Below the pieces are notes generated by a model, which made no database searches, was not told the DNA's origin, and saw nothing but the letters and a program-made list of their open reading frames with translations. Below are positions 50,678 through 63,660 of a DNA stretch of 64,000 nt, in pieces. Source of the stretch: Marsupella aquatica (lineage: Eukaryota; Plantae; Marchantiophyta); contig OZ316893.1 of NCBI GenBank assembly GCA_973895155.1, positions 6,596,963 to 6,660,962 of the forward strand, read 5' to 3'. Each line of letters begins with the position of its first letter. Position 1 is the stretch's first letter. The translations under genes were made by a program, and so were the position numbers.

Positions 50678-50925
50678 TGTTACTTAGAGAGAGCATGCAC
50701 ATGTGCAATATCCATGGCATACACAAGCACTCACCAGAAGATCAAGATACATGGTTCACTTTGGCCTACTGTACATCCAAGAGAACACACATAGAGGTTT
50801 ACAAAAGTCTAAGCCTATCCACCATATCAAGTCTCCACAAACTAAGCTCTCTCTATCTCCTAGAAGGTTCCATGACAATGAAACTCAATTTCACTCACTA
50901 ACTAAGTCTTGTAATGGGGAGTACC
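50678..50925. repeat. Degenerate LTR-like relic related to copia element 2 LTRs
   Basis: Shares AGATACATGGTTCAC, CTCCACAAACTAAGCTCTCTCTATCTC and ACAATGA with 37229-37572; related patches at ~20465-20625 and ~35505-35592. Confidence 0.5.
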
Positions 50926-52621
50926 TAATTATAATTAGACTAATTACATAGTAAATACCCAAGAGTTGGACCAAGAGAAAAGGCTGAGAGAGCCAGCATG
51001 CAGCCTGGCAAAAGCAAAGTAGCCACTACTAGTTTGACCATTTTGGATTGAAATACAATGGATTCCCTATTTACCATTTTTTAGGTGGCAAAGCATTCTC
51101 ATAGTGAAATGAACAGGCGCCTCCCATGTAGGGTTAATAGAATAGCTGACAATAAAACACCCGTAGTCCTTAACTATAATCCTACTTACCTTGGATAAAG
51201 ACTCAGAGACGCTTGAACGATTTGGATTGAATCATGTTAATTCACATGATCCACCCGGGGCACATTCGCGAATTAACTCCTACCTTCTGTTTATTGTCAG
51301 CATCTTTATTCATAGCGTATTTTTCTGTATACTTTGCTGATAAAGCAAAGGACAGGTATGTCCAGTACTATCTTTAATCTTGTCATTTCAGTTGACGAAC
51401 GCCCCAGTCAATGAATGACACAGACCAGAAGTCTTCAGTTTGGCTCTCTCGAGAACAACAATATCAATATTCAACTGTAGGACTGCATGTTAAAAACACA
51501 TATATATATATATATCATTTGCCAATTTTTGTTGGGTCCACTTATATATGCATTGTGAGTTTCTTTGTCAAATTATTACCACTGCAACCTTCTTTCATCC
51601 AAAATTTTCATCATTGGATGATCATCACCTTCCTCGAGTTAACGTCAGCACCCTCAATTATCCTTGACAAGAGGGAGGGGAGGCGGAGTGGAGGCGGAGT
51701 GGGGGCAGAGTGGTGCCTCTGTGTTCTTTTGCTCTGTGATATAAATCTACTAGTATTTGTCAAATGGTTTCAAACTAAGTACAACTAGTTTGCCTCTTTC
51801 CCCTCTTTTCCTACCCTTTATTGGGTTGCTTTGTGTTTGGGATCTTGTTTCCAGGTTTGGTTTTTTTGCCCTTGGGCACTGTGTTATATACTAGTTTGCC
51901 AGTAGTGAAAAAACACAGTAAGTAATTCAAAAGAAAGTACAATAATTTATTAAAATATTTAAAAAGTGACCCGTCATCATAAATCTAGTAAATATATGTA
52001 TCATATTTTAAGGCCAGAGCCCACAATCGTTCATGAGTTCCTTCAGGATTGACCACTTGAAACGGTGCTTTTTCAAGGACTTATTGCTGCTTTCGATGAT
52101 CAGCTGTAACACCCCGCCAACGTGGTGTGGTACCGTGAGGGACCAGTAGGGGAAAATATTGGCCAAACTGGTTAGATGGCCAAGAGACCGTAGTCAATTA
52201 GGGGACCTGGTCAGGCAGCCATCGCAAATGGATTTGGAAGAAACGATCCTATTGTTTGAACAGACCTGTCATTGACGTTTGACCTCCCTTTAATTGTAGG
52301 GTCCCGCAAAAGACTTGACTGTGACGATGAAACGTGACCCCTCTGAATTCCCTTTCATTGCATGCTTTATTTTATTTACTTTCAGAAAAGTATGCGCCTT
52401 GAGGTTCTATTGTGCAGCTTGGAGAAGTATGGTGACATAGGTTCCGTATCGTTGAGTCAATTAGCATCGTTGTGGCGGTTAGTCCACTTTATGGACATGA
52501 GTTTGGTCTACTCTAATTGACTTGATTCTCAGATAGATTACCACGTTTCAGATTCCTAAGCATTTTGATGGACCAAGCACTTTTGACAGAATTGAAGTAC
52601 ACGTTGAGTATGTTGTGCAGC

Positions 52622-52788
52622 ATGGAGAACCATTAAAAACTATAATACAAGGTCAACTATAAGAATGGAGAACCATTAAAAGCTATAATACAAGGTCAGC
52701 TATAATACATAAAAACTATAATGCAAGGTCAACTATAATAATGAATAACCATTAAAAACTATTATACAAGGTTAACTATAATACAAGG
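52622..52788. repeat. Minisatellite, ~43-bp unit, about 4 imperfect copies
   Basis: CATTAAAAACTATAATACAAGGTCAACTATAA recurs with variants. Confidence 0.85.
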
Positions 52789-55700
52789 ACCCATCACTTT
52801 CTACATTAGTTGCTTTCCAAATGTAGCCTTTTGTTTGTGCCAACAAAATTAAGAAGCAAAGCTAAAAAGGAAGGCTACAAGGGGTAATGAACCACAAGCC
52901 ATGGAAAAAAGTGTAAGAATCCCTTTTATATTCCTCATCACAGTACTTCCCCTCTTTTCCTTCGTTCTCCTTCACCTCTTTTCCCTGGTTCTCCTTCATT
53001 GGGTTGCTTTGCCTTTGGGATCAGGTTGGGCTTTTTTTGCCCTTGGGCTACAATCCCTCTTCTTGATGTCCTCAGACAAGGTACTTGCGAGTACACTCAG
53101 AGTCCAGCCCCTTACCATTATCTTATTTGTATTCCCCTGACCAATGAGTTCCCCATTTGCCATGCAATGCAAAGAGAGTGTACTTGCCCCCTCATTGCAA
53201 GTACAGTCTCATTGCTTCTGCCAATCCGATGGCTATGGTGCTTATGATGCATCAGCAAAACTGGCGAGTGGATCTTCTCTTCTGCTACTCCTTGCTCCCT
53301 CTCGATTCTGATTACTCTATGCTCCTGCCAATCCTGGCTACTCATCTGCTCCTGATGGCTATGGCGGAGGGATCGGTGCCGATGCAAACTTAGAGGAGAG
53401 GGGAATGAAGAAGTCCCAGCCCTAACCCGAGCATTTGACTCGAGTTACTGCACTGGGGTTCGATTTTGATCGGGAAAAGCATTCCCCTTTGGATTCAGCG
53501 AAAACATTTGTGTGTCAATTTTGGTTCCTTACTTCGTTTTTCCCAAATCAAGCACCATCCATCCAGAGGTTTACGGATAGGTTTAATGTATGACTTAAGT
53601 TTCAGCGTCCATATATGCAAGCATCTTGTTCAGGAAAACTGTAGACTCTTCCGCCAAAATGACTATTAAAATGGAGACACAACCGACCATACACGCCACC
53701 ACTGCGCCAAGTATGGCTAGGGGTGGAAATTCTAGTATATTAGTTTGAAGGAAAGTAATCACTCACAAGGTTGCAGAATTGTAAAACTAGTTCCTCAACG
53801 TAAGCCCAAAGCAACGAGACCCACTTGGGAAAACCCATGAAGACCAAAGAACGATATAAGCCCAAGAGTCACAACAACGGCAAAAAGAACTAAAAAACCT
53901 ACAGAGCAGCGAAGTGTAGTTACTCCTCTTGTTTCAAAGGCACTTAATTCCCCTTTAAAAAATAAAAATAATTGTTCGGATTACATGCCTTGTAATGTAA
54001 GCTTGTTCTTGTCTTGGTTGATGGCTCAACCGATAGTCGTGAGGTCCTCCACAAGAAGGTTCGTGTGCACTCTTTGGGCTGTCATATCTCTACTACAGTC
54101 CACCCTAGAGCATAACCACTGAGGTGTTTGTCAATCTACCCGGTATGACGCGATCTCCTTGTGCAGTCATATCTGTACTAGAGTACTTCTCCATTCACTT
54201 GAGCATAATCACTTTGGAATGTTTGTCAATCTACTATACCGAATCTCCTCGTTTTTGAAGGTCCCACTTCTGTGTTTTAGTAACCTGACGTACAAAGAAG
54301 CTTCTTGCTATTGGGTGTGAGGGAGGGTGGTTGGGTGTGTGTAAGCGCTATACAAATCTCGTGCAGATGGTTGGTGGTGCCATCAGTTCCACCTCGTCCC
54401 AACAGAATCTCTCGTCAGTCGCAGGCAGAGAGGCTGAAACTATGTTCAGATGACGGGCCCACATCAGTATATTACACCACTGATTAACACCGTTATGATA
54501 TTATGTAGAGTATAATAATTTGTCTACACTCTCGTCTACACTTCATAGTTTGATGGATCTCAAGGAAGCGGTATATAGGACTTCTGTCCCCACCTCGTTA
54601 GCACAACATCTACAGTGGTTGCGCTGCCGTGTTTGCAACTCATGGGCCAGCTCCTGGCGGCATACTCACTACAACATATTCGATGATATTGTAATGATAG
54701 TTTACAACGCGGTCTGAACAATGACGTTTGCAATCAAATTGGCATCATTAAAGTGGTATTAAACAGCGAGGGAGCAAGACAAACCATAGATTGCAGCTTC
54801 TCGGTTTATCGGTTCGAACAGTTTTCCTTGTACATGTTCGGTCTGCCTTTAGTTATTTTTTGGTTCATTAGAAGTAGTAAGAAACGTCTGTGGCTTTATT
54901 GTAGAATTAAGTACAGGCACTGTCACAAAACAACAGTGTACGCAAAGAAATCATTATTTTCTTTTACTTATCGACTCCGTCTTCATGTGCTCTGGAAACA
55001 CGCGGTTTGCAGAAAGCTGAGATGATTTTTTATTATCACATCTGCTCATAAGAAAGTGATGTGGCCTCGAATTTTGAGGTCTTAATCACGAGAGTTCAGT
55101 ACAGTCATCGGCCAATATATTGGAAATAGTTCTCGAAAGGTATAAACCAATCCGCAAGAAGTCCCTTAAACCCATCCGTCCTCCAAGATCCTTTTGCGAA
55201 AAAGCGAAAAGGAGTTCCTCTTCAATCAGAACTTTCTGGGTCATGGTGAGACCCTCCTCAAAGTACTTATATTTCCCATGCATAGACTACTTGTCATTTC
55301 ATTGGTAGTGATGGGACGATGGGACAGCTATAGCGAGATTTCTGCACGTGGGTGTTGCACAGGAGTTCACAGGTGAGTCCACCGTGATGATGGTCTTCGA
55401 CTGGAGTTGGAGAACACGAGTCATCATTACCTTGCTGGTCAAGTTCTACCAGACCAGTTTCTTAACAAAACATTATCGAAACCGTTTTTTCTCCATTGCA
55501 CTGAGCTGGGCAGAGCTTGTAGCAATATAGCGGGATTTGATAAATCAACAGCGCCCCGACAACCCGACGACGATTAGCTGAGCAGACGCAAGCGCGTTTC
55601 TTTGCTGTCGCAATCTTGTGTAAGCTAGAGAGGAATGTCAAAGATGCAGCCAGCAAGTACGCGACAGATTTGTTAGCAGTTGAAGATTTGTAAAATAGTC

Positions 55701-58700
55701 AAGTACGGTGTGATTCGAAAGCAAGGAGGGTCTCCATTTAGACCTTCACGTTAGCACAAGTCAAAGGTATAGTCCCACCAGTCCCACAACAAAACAAGTT
55801 TTGCTTGTTTTGTTGTGGTAAGATACTTGCGAAAGGTTTGGAACTTAATGTCACACGGTTTACGGTTCTTCCTTGAATATACCTCATTTAGATATACCTC
55901 ATGTCACCTCAGAAAGCTGTGAGAATATTCATTTCCTGGTTTCTGGGTTGGACAAACCCATGAATTTGGAGAGCACAACTGCAACGCGTTAGCACTGTGG
56001 GGATCAACAGGAAGTTCGCGTTGTCGTAAGCAAGTGTGCGCTCCTCATACTGATTCTCATAAATATATGAGCATTTTCATGCCCTGGTAGTTTTTTTCTT
56101 TGGAAAGATGGGAACCTAGGCTGAGAGTACCATCTGAATGAACATAAACGAAAGCATTATATACTGCCCCATGGACTAAGAACATACTCAGGGCACCCGA
56201 AATGTCTTTCACTTTTGTCCCGATTTTTGTTTAATCCTGGGACTATACTTGTTCCATAATTAATGCCCGGAGTATTCTAGCTCAGGTGATTTCACATTTG
56301 ATTTCCACGATGATTAGTCTTAGGCTCAGACTTCAAAATGTGTGTCGATCATTTGGTTCATGATGGGAAAATCCCAACTCAGATCATTTGCGTTTTGTTT
56401 CTCAATGGACAATCCCGGGCGTAGAGTTCTTCCCTATTGCTTTACGATTGGATGATCCTATCTAGTTAATTTGACTTGTGACTCGACCAGAAGAGTGTAG
56501 CAATCCTGTGCAACATCTTGCCGGCTTTTAGAATGTGTAAAGCGAGTTTAATTCATTCGAGCGAATTTTAAGACACAATCCTTACCGATAAATCCCTCTC
56601 AATATTCAGGTGCTGAATAAACCTCGCCCTTACTACCAGTCATGCAAACCTTGCTTCAATTTCGTTCCTCTGGAACTCCATAAGTTCATGACTAGATGTG
56701 AATACTGTCTAGAAGTTCTTCGAACAGGTTCGCGAGAAGTCACATTCCAACTCTGTTCCGTTGCAGAAACAGTCAGGGCTGGAGGTTTTTTCTACCGTCC
56801 TGCACCCTTTATAAGATGAGGTACTTCACAACGAGAGAGTATTTTATGTAGTTGGTACATCTCACATGTTCTGCAAGATTTAGTTCAAGATTAACACATT
56901 TTTTCGGTACGGAACTGGCAAGCCAAACTACGCTAGATCGGCCACAACAAGGTTCGCTACTACGACTCTGCACGTAGGTAGAGGCCTAATTTTCACCACG
57001 ACTTTGCTACGGATTGTAAATTTGTGGAGACGATTGGTGAATAAGGCTAATGAACTTATGAACTACTTTCAGTGATCTCGAACGAATGAAGTGATAGATC
57101 AACGGCCTTCCCTAACAGAAAAGTTGAGCTTCAACGCAAACACCCCTTCCCCATGATTACGCTAGTGCTGGAACTATCGCTTTCTCCCACATCCACATAG
57201 ATGAGGTGCTGCTCAGCTCCTTCTTTTTTGGTCTTGAAAGGTTCGAAAGAAACGTTATAGCAAAGTAGAGGGAGATGGCATGGTGCGCATCTCGGTGATA
57301 AAGAATACTCAACTGAATTCGAAAACTTACTGCTAGTAATGACGAGTAGATGAGCAGAAACCAAAAAAGATCGGGAAGTGACAGATCAACAAGCATTTTG
57401 ACACATCGTGAAAGATGAGGTCATCAGGAGATCCGTCAGTAACTAGGAATGGAGGTTTATGTGGGGCCATCAATTGAGGAACAGTGCCCAATGATCGAGA
57501 CCTTTACTCGGTCCACATATACAACTCCTATCTGGCTTGAATCTAACGCATGTAGATCGATTGATCTTCTTTCGAGCTAGCTTAGCGGCGCAGGCATGAT
57601 GTACAGTATGCCATGGATATGAGCAAATGCCTGCTTACCAATGCAACCTATGAGTTCAAACGACTGGGCAGGAACATCGAAGAAGCGGATCATTCGAACA
57701 GACCTGCCCACCTACAGTGCCAGTCTACAGTGAAGTGAATACCTGTCAATACGGTAAAGCTAGCAGCTTAAATTATGCAGCCCAGAGTTTGACCTCATGG
57801 TCCTAAAGACGGTACAGTAGCTTCGTTTTTGATCCATCCAGGCATAGATGGAGAGCTTCTTGCCCGGTGTATATCAGATTCAGTGACATGGAATGAACCT
57901 GTGCTAATGGAAGCCTGGCCAAGGTATATAATTATGCTCGTCGTGCAGAGTTTCGAGGTGTAACTTACTGAAACCTCATGCACGGCCCTGCAGGATCAGA
58001 GGAGCAGAATCTCCTTTCCACACACTGTACCAAGGATGGTGCAATAGTCAACCCAGACCTGGCTGCTTGCTTTGTTACGAAGTATCCAGAATAGAAGCGA
58101 GGAGCGAGTGCATGTCTCTTCTACCTATCTTCAAAAAGTACATGGGGCAGAAACTGAAACTTCGTCCGATCTTGCACGATCTTCACCAAAGCCTTGTACG
58201 GACTTCGGTGTGATTTTTCCTACCTTGTCCTTTCGATAGCTTCCTTGCTTGCAGAGTCTCCACTGTCTAATTGCAATCTCTCACTTTATGCTTAGGGAAG
58301 TTTCTACCTCGGGTTCTACAAGTCAAAGAAAGCACACAAAAGTACGACGAAGCACTTACCGTTTCAGAACGACTTTATGTAAGCTGCTTTGGCCTTCAAT
58401 GCTTAACCATTTGAGTAATGAAGTAAACTCTTCGGGGCCCAAAAAAAATATTCACGATGCCTGGGTTCGTTTCCACTCTGGTTACCAATTGGGCCAACTG
58501 ATTGACTTTCTACTGCTACGCGAAGTGTTTATTTCGAGGGAGAAAAAAGGTTTAGAGAAGGACCACGACAATCATGTGGGGTAGAGGTTACCAACCAGGA
58601 GAATTGTGGAGCCGCTGTACTACTATAGTTTGAAGTACGTACCCATTGAAGTACAGATCGGCCACCTAATGGTCAGATTGAATGTATTGAGACAAATCAA

Positions 58701-59299
58701 GGATAGAGAAAATGTGCAATTGAAATATAGATGGTAACCATTACTTTTCTTCATATGTAAATAAAAACCACGACAAAAACACGTCACTGAAAACCATGAC
58801 AAAAACCATGACAACAACTTACCAGTGTACATGCTTCTAGTGACCTGTTACCTCATGGTCAACAATTAAATTGTTATATGCCCATAATTTTGTAGTTAGA
58901 CGCCTGTAGTAGAAGTGTCTTAGCCCGTTATGATCAGGGTGACGCGATGCTCATGCCTAGGCCCTTAAAAGTCATCGTCATTTGGGGTTCTTGGATAGCT
59001 ACAACCAAGTCACGTCATATTCAATGTGTCAAGTCTTTGTTCCGCATGAAGTAAACCCCCAAGTAAACCTCCTTGGCCTTGGGTCTAAGAGGAGCTCTCA
59101 CTCAAACCCTCAGAATTCAGAGTTAGTCCGAGGGTTTGGACGGTCTACCCTGAGCTTGGCCCTTTCCATGACCCAACGTACGAGCTCCCAATGTCAATCA
59201 ACTCCCAACGTATTTTTGCCTTGAAAACCAAAAGCAAGCCCATCCAACAGAGGATAAACGTCCTGCTTTGGAACATGCATTTCTATGTAGGGCAGCCAC

Positions 59300-59540
59300 A
59301 AGGGGACAATACCCAGGGATCCGACAGGGACCCAAACTAGGAGGGAGAGAGGATTAAACCAGAACCCCAAAGCGGCCAACCAGGGGCTGAGGGGATAATC
59401 CATACTCCCACATACCACTACACCACACACACACACACACACATACCCTCCACACCCCATGAATGTGGAAGGAGGATTGAACCTGGGATCTCTCAGTTCT
59501 AGGCTCATCCTCTGACCAACTGACCAAAGCCACTTGGTTC
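59300..59540 (-). mobile_element. tRNA-derived SINE-like element with internal (GT)n
   Basis: Minus strand: A-box-like TGGTCAGTTGG (59516-59526), B-box GGTTCAATCC (59474-59483), then body and (GT)n tract ((CA)n at ~59424-59443 on plus). No acceptor stem, so not a tRNA; second copy at ~49150. Confidence 0.7.
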
Positions 59541-60469
59541 AGTTTCAGTCTAGATATTTTGTCTGCATCGCCAAGTCAACCCATTGGTTTTGCTAGGGCA
59601 ACGCTTCATTGCCCATAGTCTCTCCATACTTAATCTCCACCAGACTAGAGTTTTGGGGGCTTGGATCATAGAGGAGCTAGATGTTGGAATCAAGAACTTT
59701 GGAGCAAAATGATAAGGTAATTGAGTTCTATGACTTAAATGTTGTCTTTAGAGCTAGTTTTTCAATAATTTGGATGTACTTGCCATCATAATATCACATT
59801 GGATCCTTCAAGAACCAAGCAATAAGGATTGCTAATTAAGTTCGTGTGTCCAGCAAGAACCAACGTTTTGCTTTGTTTCTAAGCAATAACGTCTAAAGAT
59901 AACTCCTTTCTTTCCAAAGTACCATGTTCATTCCTTGCATCTGCGGAATTTAAAGATTGTCTGCCCACATGCAGAGACGAACAAACCCTCCTAAAGGATA
60001 TTGAAGTCATCTAGGGCACGCGCAGTAATCTCGTTGAGTTTGAAAATGCCGCCTGTCTTGCATATAAACTACTCCGGCAGAAAGAAAGAGATGTCTGTTC
60101 AATTTCACAATAATAATTGTTCGTTAAGCCTTAAGTAGCTGCATTCTAGAGTAGATTTTCAGCTGGTTGCGGGAAATTTTCACACGACTGACTACTTGTG
60201 GGTACTCAGCTTGGCCTGCTGTGTCATCAGTTTTCATCCAAGTCTGCCGACTGAGCTGCAGCGTTGGCTTTCTACTCTCACCACCAGTTTGTCACAATTA
60301 GACTGCAGGCTTGAATGGAAACGGCATTAGCAGAATTTCCCTCTCTTTCATTTGTAAATCCTTTGTCCAACTAAATGCATCCCCTGCTAAAATTTGGACC
60401 TGTCCTTGCTTCATTTCAAGATTTTGTTGTCCAGCCCCCAAGTTCTATTTGAAGGAAGTATCAATGGTT

Positions 60470-60776
60470 CCCTGGGTTCCTTATTTCTTTTCTTCCAACT
60501 CATCATGTGCGAATAAATATAGAGTTTTTTTATTAGATTTAGTAAAATATTTTTAAATTTTTGTTGAAAAACATTAGAATTATTTTAATCTAATTTTGAA
60601 AATTATAAAAATCATAGGGTTTTTTAAAATCAAATATAGAAATATTTTTGGAATATTTCATTAAGTCAGGGAAAAAAAATTTCTAAAAATTTTTTGTTGA
60701 TTTAACTTTTAGGGTATTTATTCCCCCAAAACTTTGAGCGTGATATGAGACACTCCTTGGATTGAGGCCCCCGAGA
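60470..60776 (+). repeat. Dispersed AT-rich repeat family B, copy 2
   Basis: Matches ~35600-35870. Confidence 0.6.
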
Positions 60777-62436
60777 ATGATCCCCGGTACTCGATCCCAA
60801 ACATGATTAGCTCCAGCTTTGCTTCGATAAAGTGAAGCGTAACTCGACCAAGATTCATATATATGTGGCTGCCCATTAATGTGTTTTTCGAAGTTGTAGG
60901 AAAATGCCCTACTGAAATATTAAAATGGGTACCAAGCTCTAACTAAGTATGTCCGAAAAGCTTATGCGCTGTGTCTGAGATAGTCATCGTCCCAGATTGT
61001 ATTCCAGTGCTGAGTACCCACCGGGTACCTAAGAGCCTTACCCTCAGGCTCGCTCAACGATCGACTCATTCGAGACTCGACTAGATGAAGGTTGGGAAGC
61101 TGGATGGATACTCACTTTGGGAGACAAATTGAACTGTAAGTTTTTAAGAGAGACGCCGTTCGGTTCACAGAATGCCTGGTACCTGTTTCATAGAGACCCC
61201 AGCTTAAGAGGTTGGAATTTACAGAATGATCAGACCCATCGAAAGTTAGTTATTGATTAGCCCTGAGTTTCTGCTGACTGATGCATGCGCTACTGAGGTC
61301 CAAGCTGCCCCTCAGTTAATGGCAGGAGCTCTTGCTAGTTGCAATTGTCCGAACATTGGGGACTATATTTTGGATCCCTGCTGTCCGTTAGAATGTGAGT
61401 ACTCTTCCCTGATCCCTAGATAAACAGAGAGGTACGTGAAATTCAATAAAACAACCGTAACTAGATATATAGCAAGACCTTGTCATTGGGTGGGATCTTC
61501 TTCCCCACTGCTCAGCAGTTAGCCGGTTACTGTGCACTTTGTGGACAGATTAAAAACATTACTTCAATTAATATTTGTGAAAGCACCACAGCATTTTGTC
61601 AAATGTGAGGAGTCCATTTAAAAGATTCAGAATGTGCGTTTTATCTCCACAATTTTACTTTGGAAAAGATCAGTCATCCCAATTTCAGAAGAACAGAATG
61701 CGTGGATATAATTCAGCAAGGACCATAGCACGCGAATCTCTCACATAGAGGCTAGGACCCATTGCCGATTCGGAATAAACTCGCCGAGGAACGGAAGCAA
61801 CGTACGCGTGCAGAAGCCTTAGGATCTCCAGCTCAGCAAGGTGGCCGACTTGAGCAGTTCTGCATCGACCATTTGTTGCATAGAGTAGTGTGGGAAGTGG
61901 CCGATCGAGCTTTCGGCGTCCATCGATCAAACTCTCGAAAGACCGAGTGCTCCTTCAACAGTCGTCAAACTAGTGGGCCCCCCACAAGACCTGGAAGTTG
62001 TCACCACAGCTGCGTGCCTTACCGTGACGCATCACAATTGGGTCCATGTGCGACAGGAAAGTAATCTGAGACGATGACAGCAACAAGATGACGCGAGCAA
62101 CACTTCGTCACAATTATACAGTGACGCCGCCATGGCGGGCTCCGTGATGATGTAGTAATACTGAGGACATGCTTGACAGGCCCCATACATCATAAGTGAT
62201 TACCGTAGTGCGATTTCGAGATGAAATCGATCGGTGGAAACTTTGATATCTAGAGCGGGACCATAGTGGATACCAAGAACAAATCCTAGTTGTTTCTGGT
62301 TCGTGATCGTTGCGCGAATTAGTAGTCGGCCTGGAAGACTGATCTAGACTGGAAATCTTGTCGCATTCAAGATTTTAGTGAGAATAGCGTACTATAGACT
62401 GATTAGTTGTATTGCATCTTCAAGAGGAAATACATC

Positions 62437-63593
62437 ATGGCGTTGAGCAAGATACTTATCATAGGACCGACTGGAGCAATCGGGAAGCACATGGTCAACG
62501 CGAGTGTCAAGCTTGGGCACACGACATGTGCGTTCGTGCGGTCCACAACTCCCAGCGATTCTGCCAAGGCCGAGCTCCTGAAGTCGTTTCAGGATGCCGG
62601 AGTAACTCTTCTAGTAGGCGATACAGCCGATTACGCTAGTCTCGTGGCTGCATTGAAGCAAGTTGAGGTGGTCATTTCGACTGTCAGCGGATGGCTAGTA
62701 CTGGACCAGATCAAAATCATCGATGCCGCTAAAGAAGCAGGAACGATCAAGCGATTCATCCCTTCAGAATTTGGCAATAACCTCGACCGACTCGATCTCG
62801 ATACGGCCCAAACGAAAGCTCTATTCGAACCGAAGCTGGTGGTACGGCGCGCTCTCGAAAAGTCTGGCATCCCTTACACCTTCGTCGCCTCTTACTGCTT
62901 CTTTAGCTACTTTCTCAATTCTTTAACACAAGACAATTTGTCTGTGTGGGAAGCGCCACCCCGGGATGGTAAGTTACAGCTCAGTCGACTTCACTACTCT
63001 TTAAGCTCTATAAAAATATTTGATGTGTCTGCTCAATTTCTGGCTTCATTCCTGTTCAGCATGATGTGAACTTTTCTCGAAAGGTTTCCTTGAAATAGAC
63101 TTCAAATTAGCACTTGAGATGGTAAAATTGCACTCGCGCGTTGCAGAAAAGCTTGGACCAGAGTAGACATTAATAAGCTATTGATTGGTTGACAGGGAAG
63201 CTTGTTATATTCGGTGATGGCAACGCAAAGGCAGTGTGGAATGCCGAGGTCGATATCGCCACCTTCACGATCAGATCCGTCGATGACCCACGAGCGGCGA
63301 ACAAGAATTTGCTAATCACAGGGAACGTGGCGTCTGTGAATGAGGTGATTGCTCTGTGGGAGAAGAAAATTGGGCACAAATTTGAAAAGGAGTTTTTGAA
63401 CGAAGAGACAGTTCTCAAGTCGCTGGCGGAATTGCCTCCCCCTAGAAACATCCACTATGGTCTCAATTACTCCATATTTATCAAAAACGATCAAACGTTC
63501 GAGCTTGATCCTTCTACGGAGGTGGAGGCTACTGCTCTGTACCCTGACGTGAAGTACACTACCATTGATGAGCACCTAAGTCGCTTCGTGTAA
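62437..63593 (+). CDS. NmrA-like / isoflavone-reductase-like (PIP family: PCBER/IFR/PLR) NADPH-dependent reductase, 2 exons, 309 aa
   Basis: Exons 62437-62968 (G|GTAAG) and 63196-63593 (GACAG|GG) join in frame (930 nt). GxxGxxG (IIGPTGAIGK), IKRFIPSEFG, catalytic Lys in PKLVVRRALE, IPYTFV, GDGNAKAV, VDDPR, ALYPDVKYTT. Confidence 0.93.
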
Positions 63594-63660
63594 AACCACG
63601 CGACCTTTTCAGATTGCCACTGGGCATGGCTGGACCTTACCTACCATTCAAGTAGAAGTT

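Noticed and set aside
52622-52788. CRISPR-like appearance of short repeats (also 63661-64000)
   Set aside because: Units are contiguous without unique spacers, there are no cas genes, and the context is eukaryotic.
52105-53251. TGTAACACCC start with a possible TCAGC TSD (solo LTR)
   Set aside because: No terminal inverted repeat; the match is plausible by chance over this distance.
59465-59540. Possible tRNA gene
   Set aside because: A/B boxes are present but no acceptor stem or poly-T terminator; the downstream body is shared with another copy, so SINE-like.
3501-63593. LACS + RBOH + IFR-like gene as a cuticle/defence gene cluster
   Set aside because: Genes are 15-33 kb apart, separated by TEs and an unrelated Ycf20-like gene; no shared pathway can be shown from sequence.
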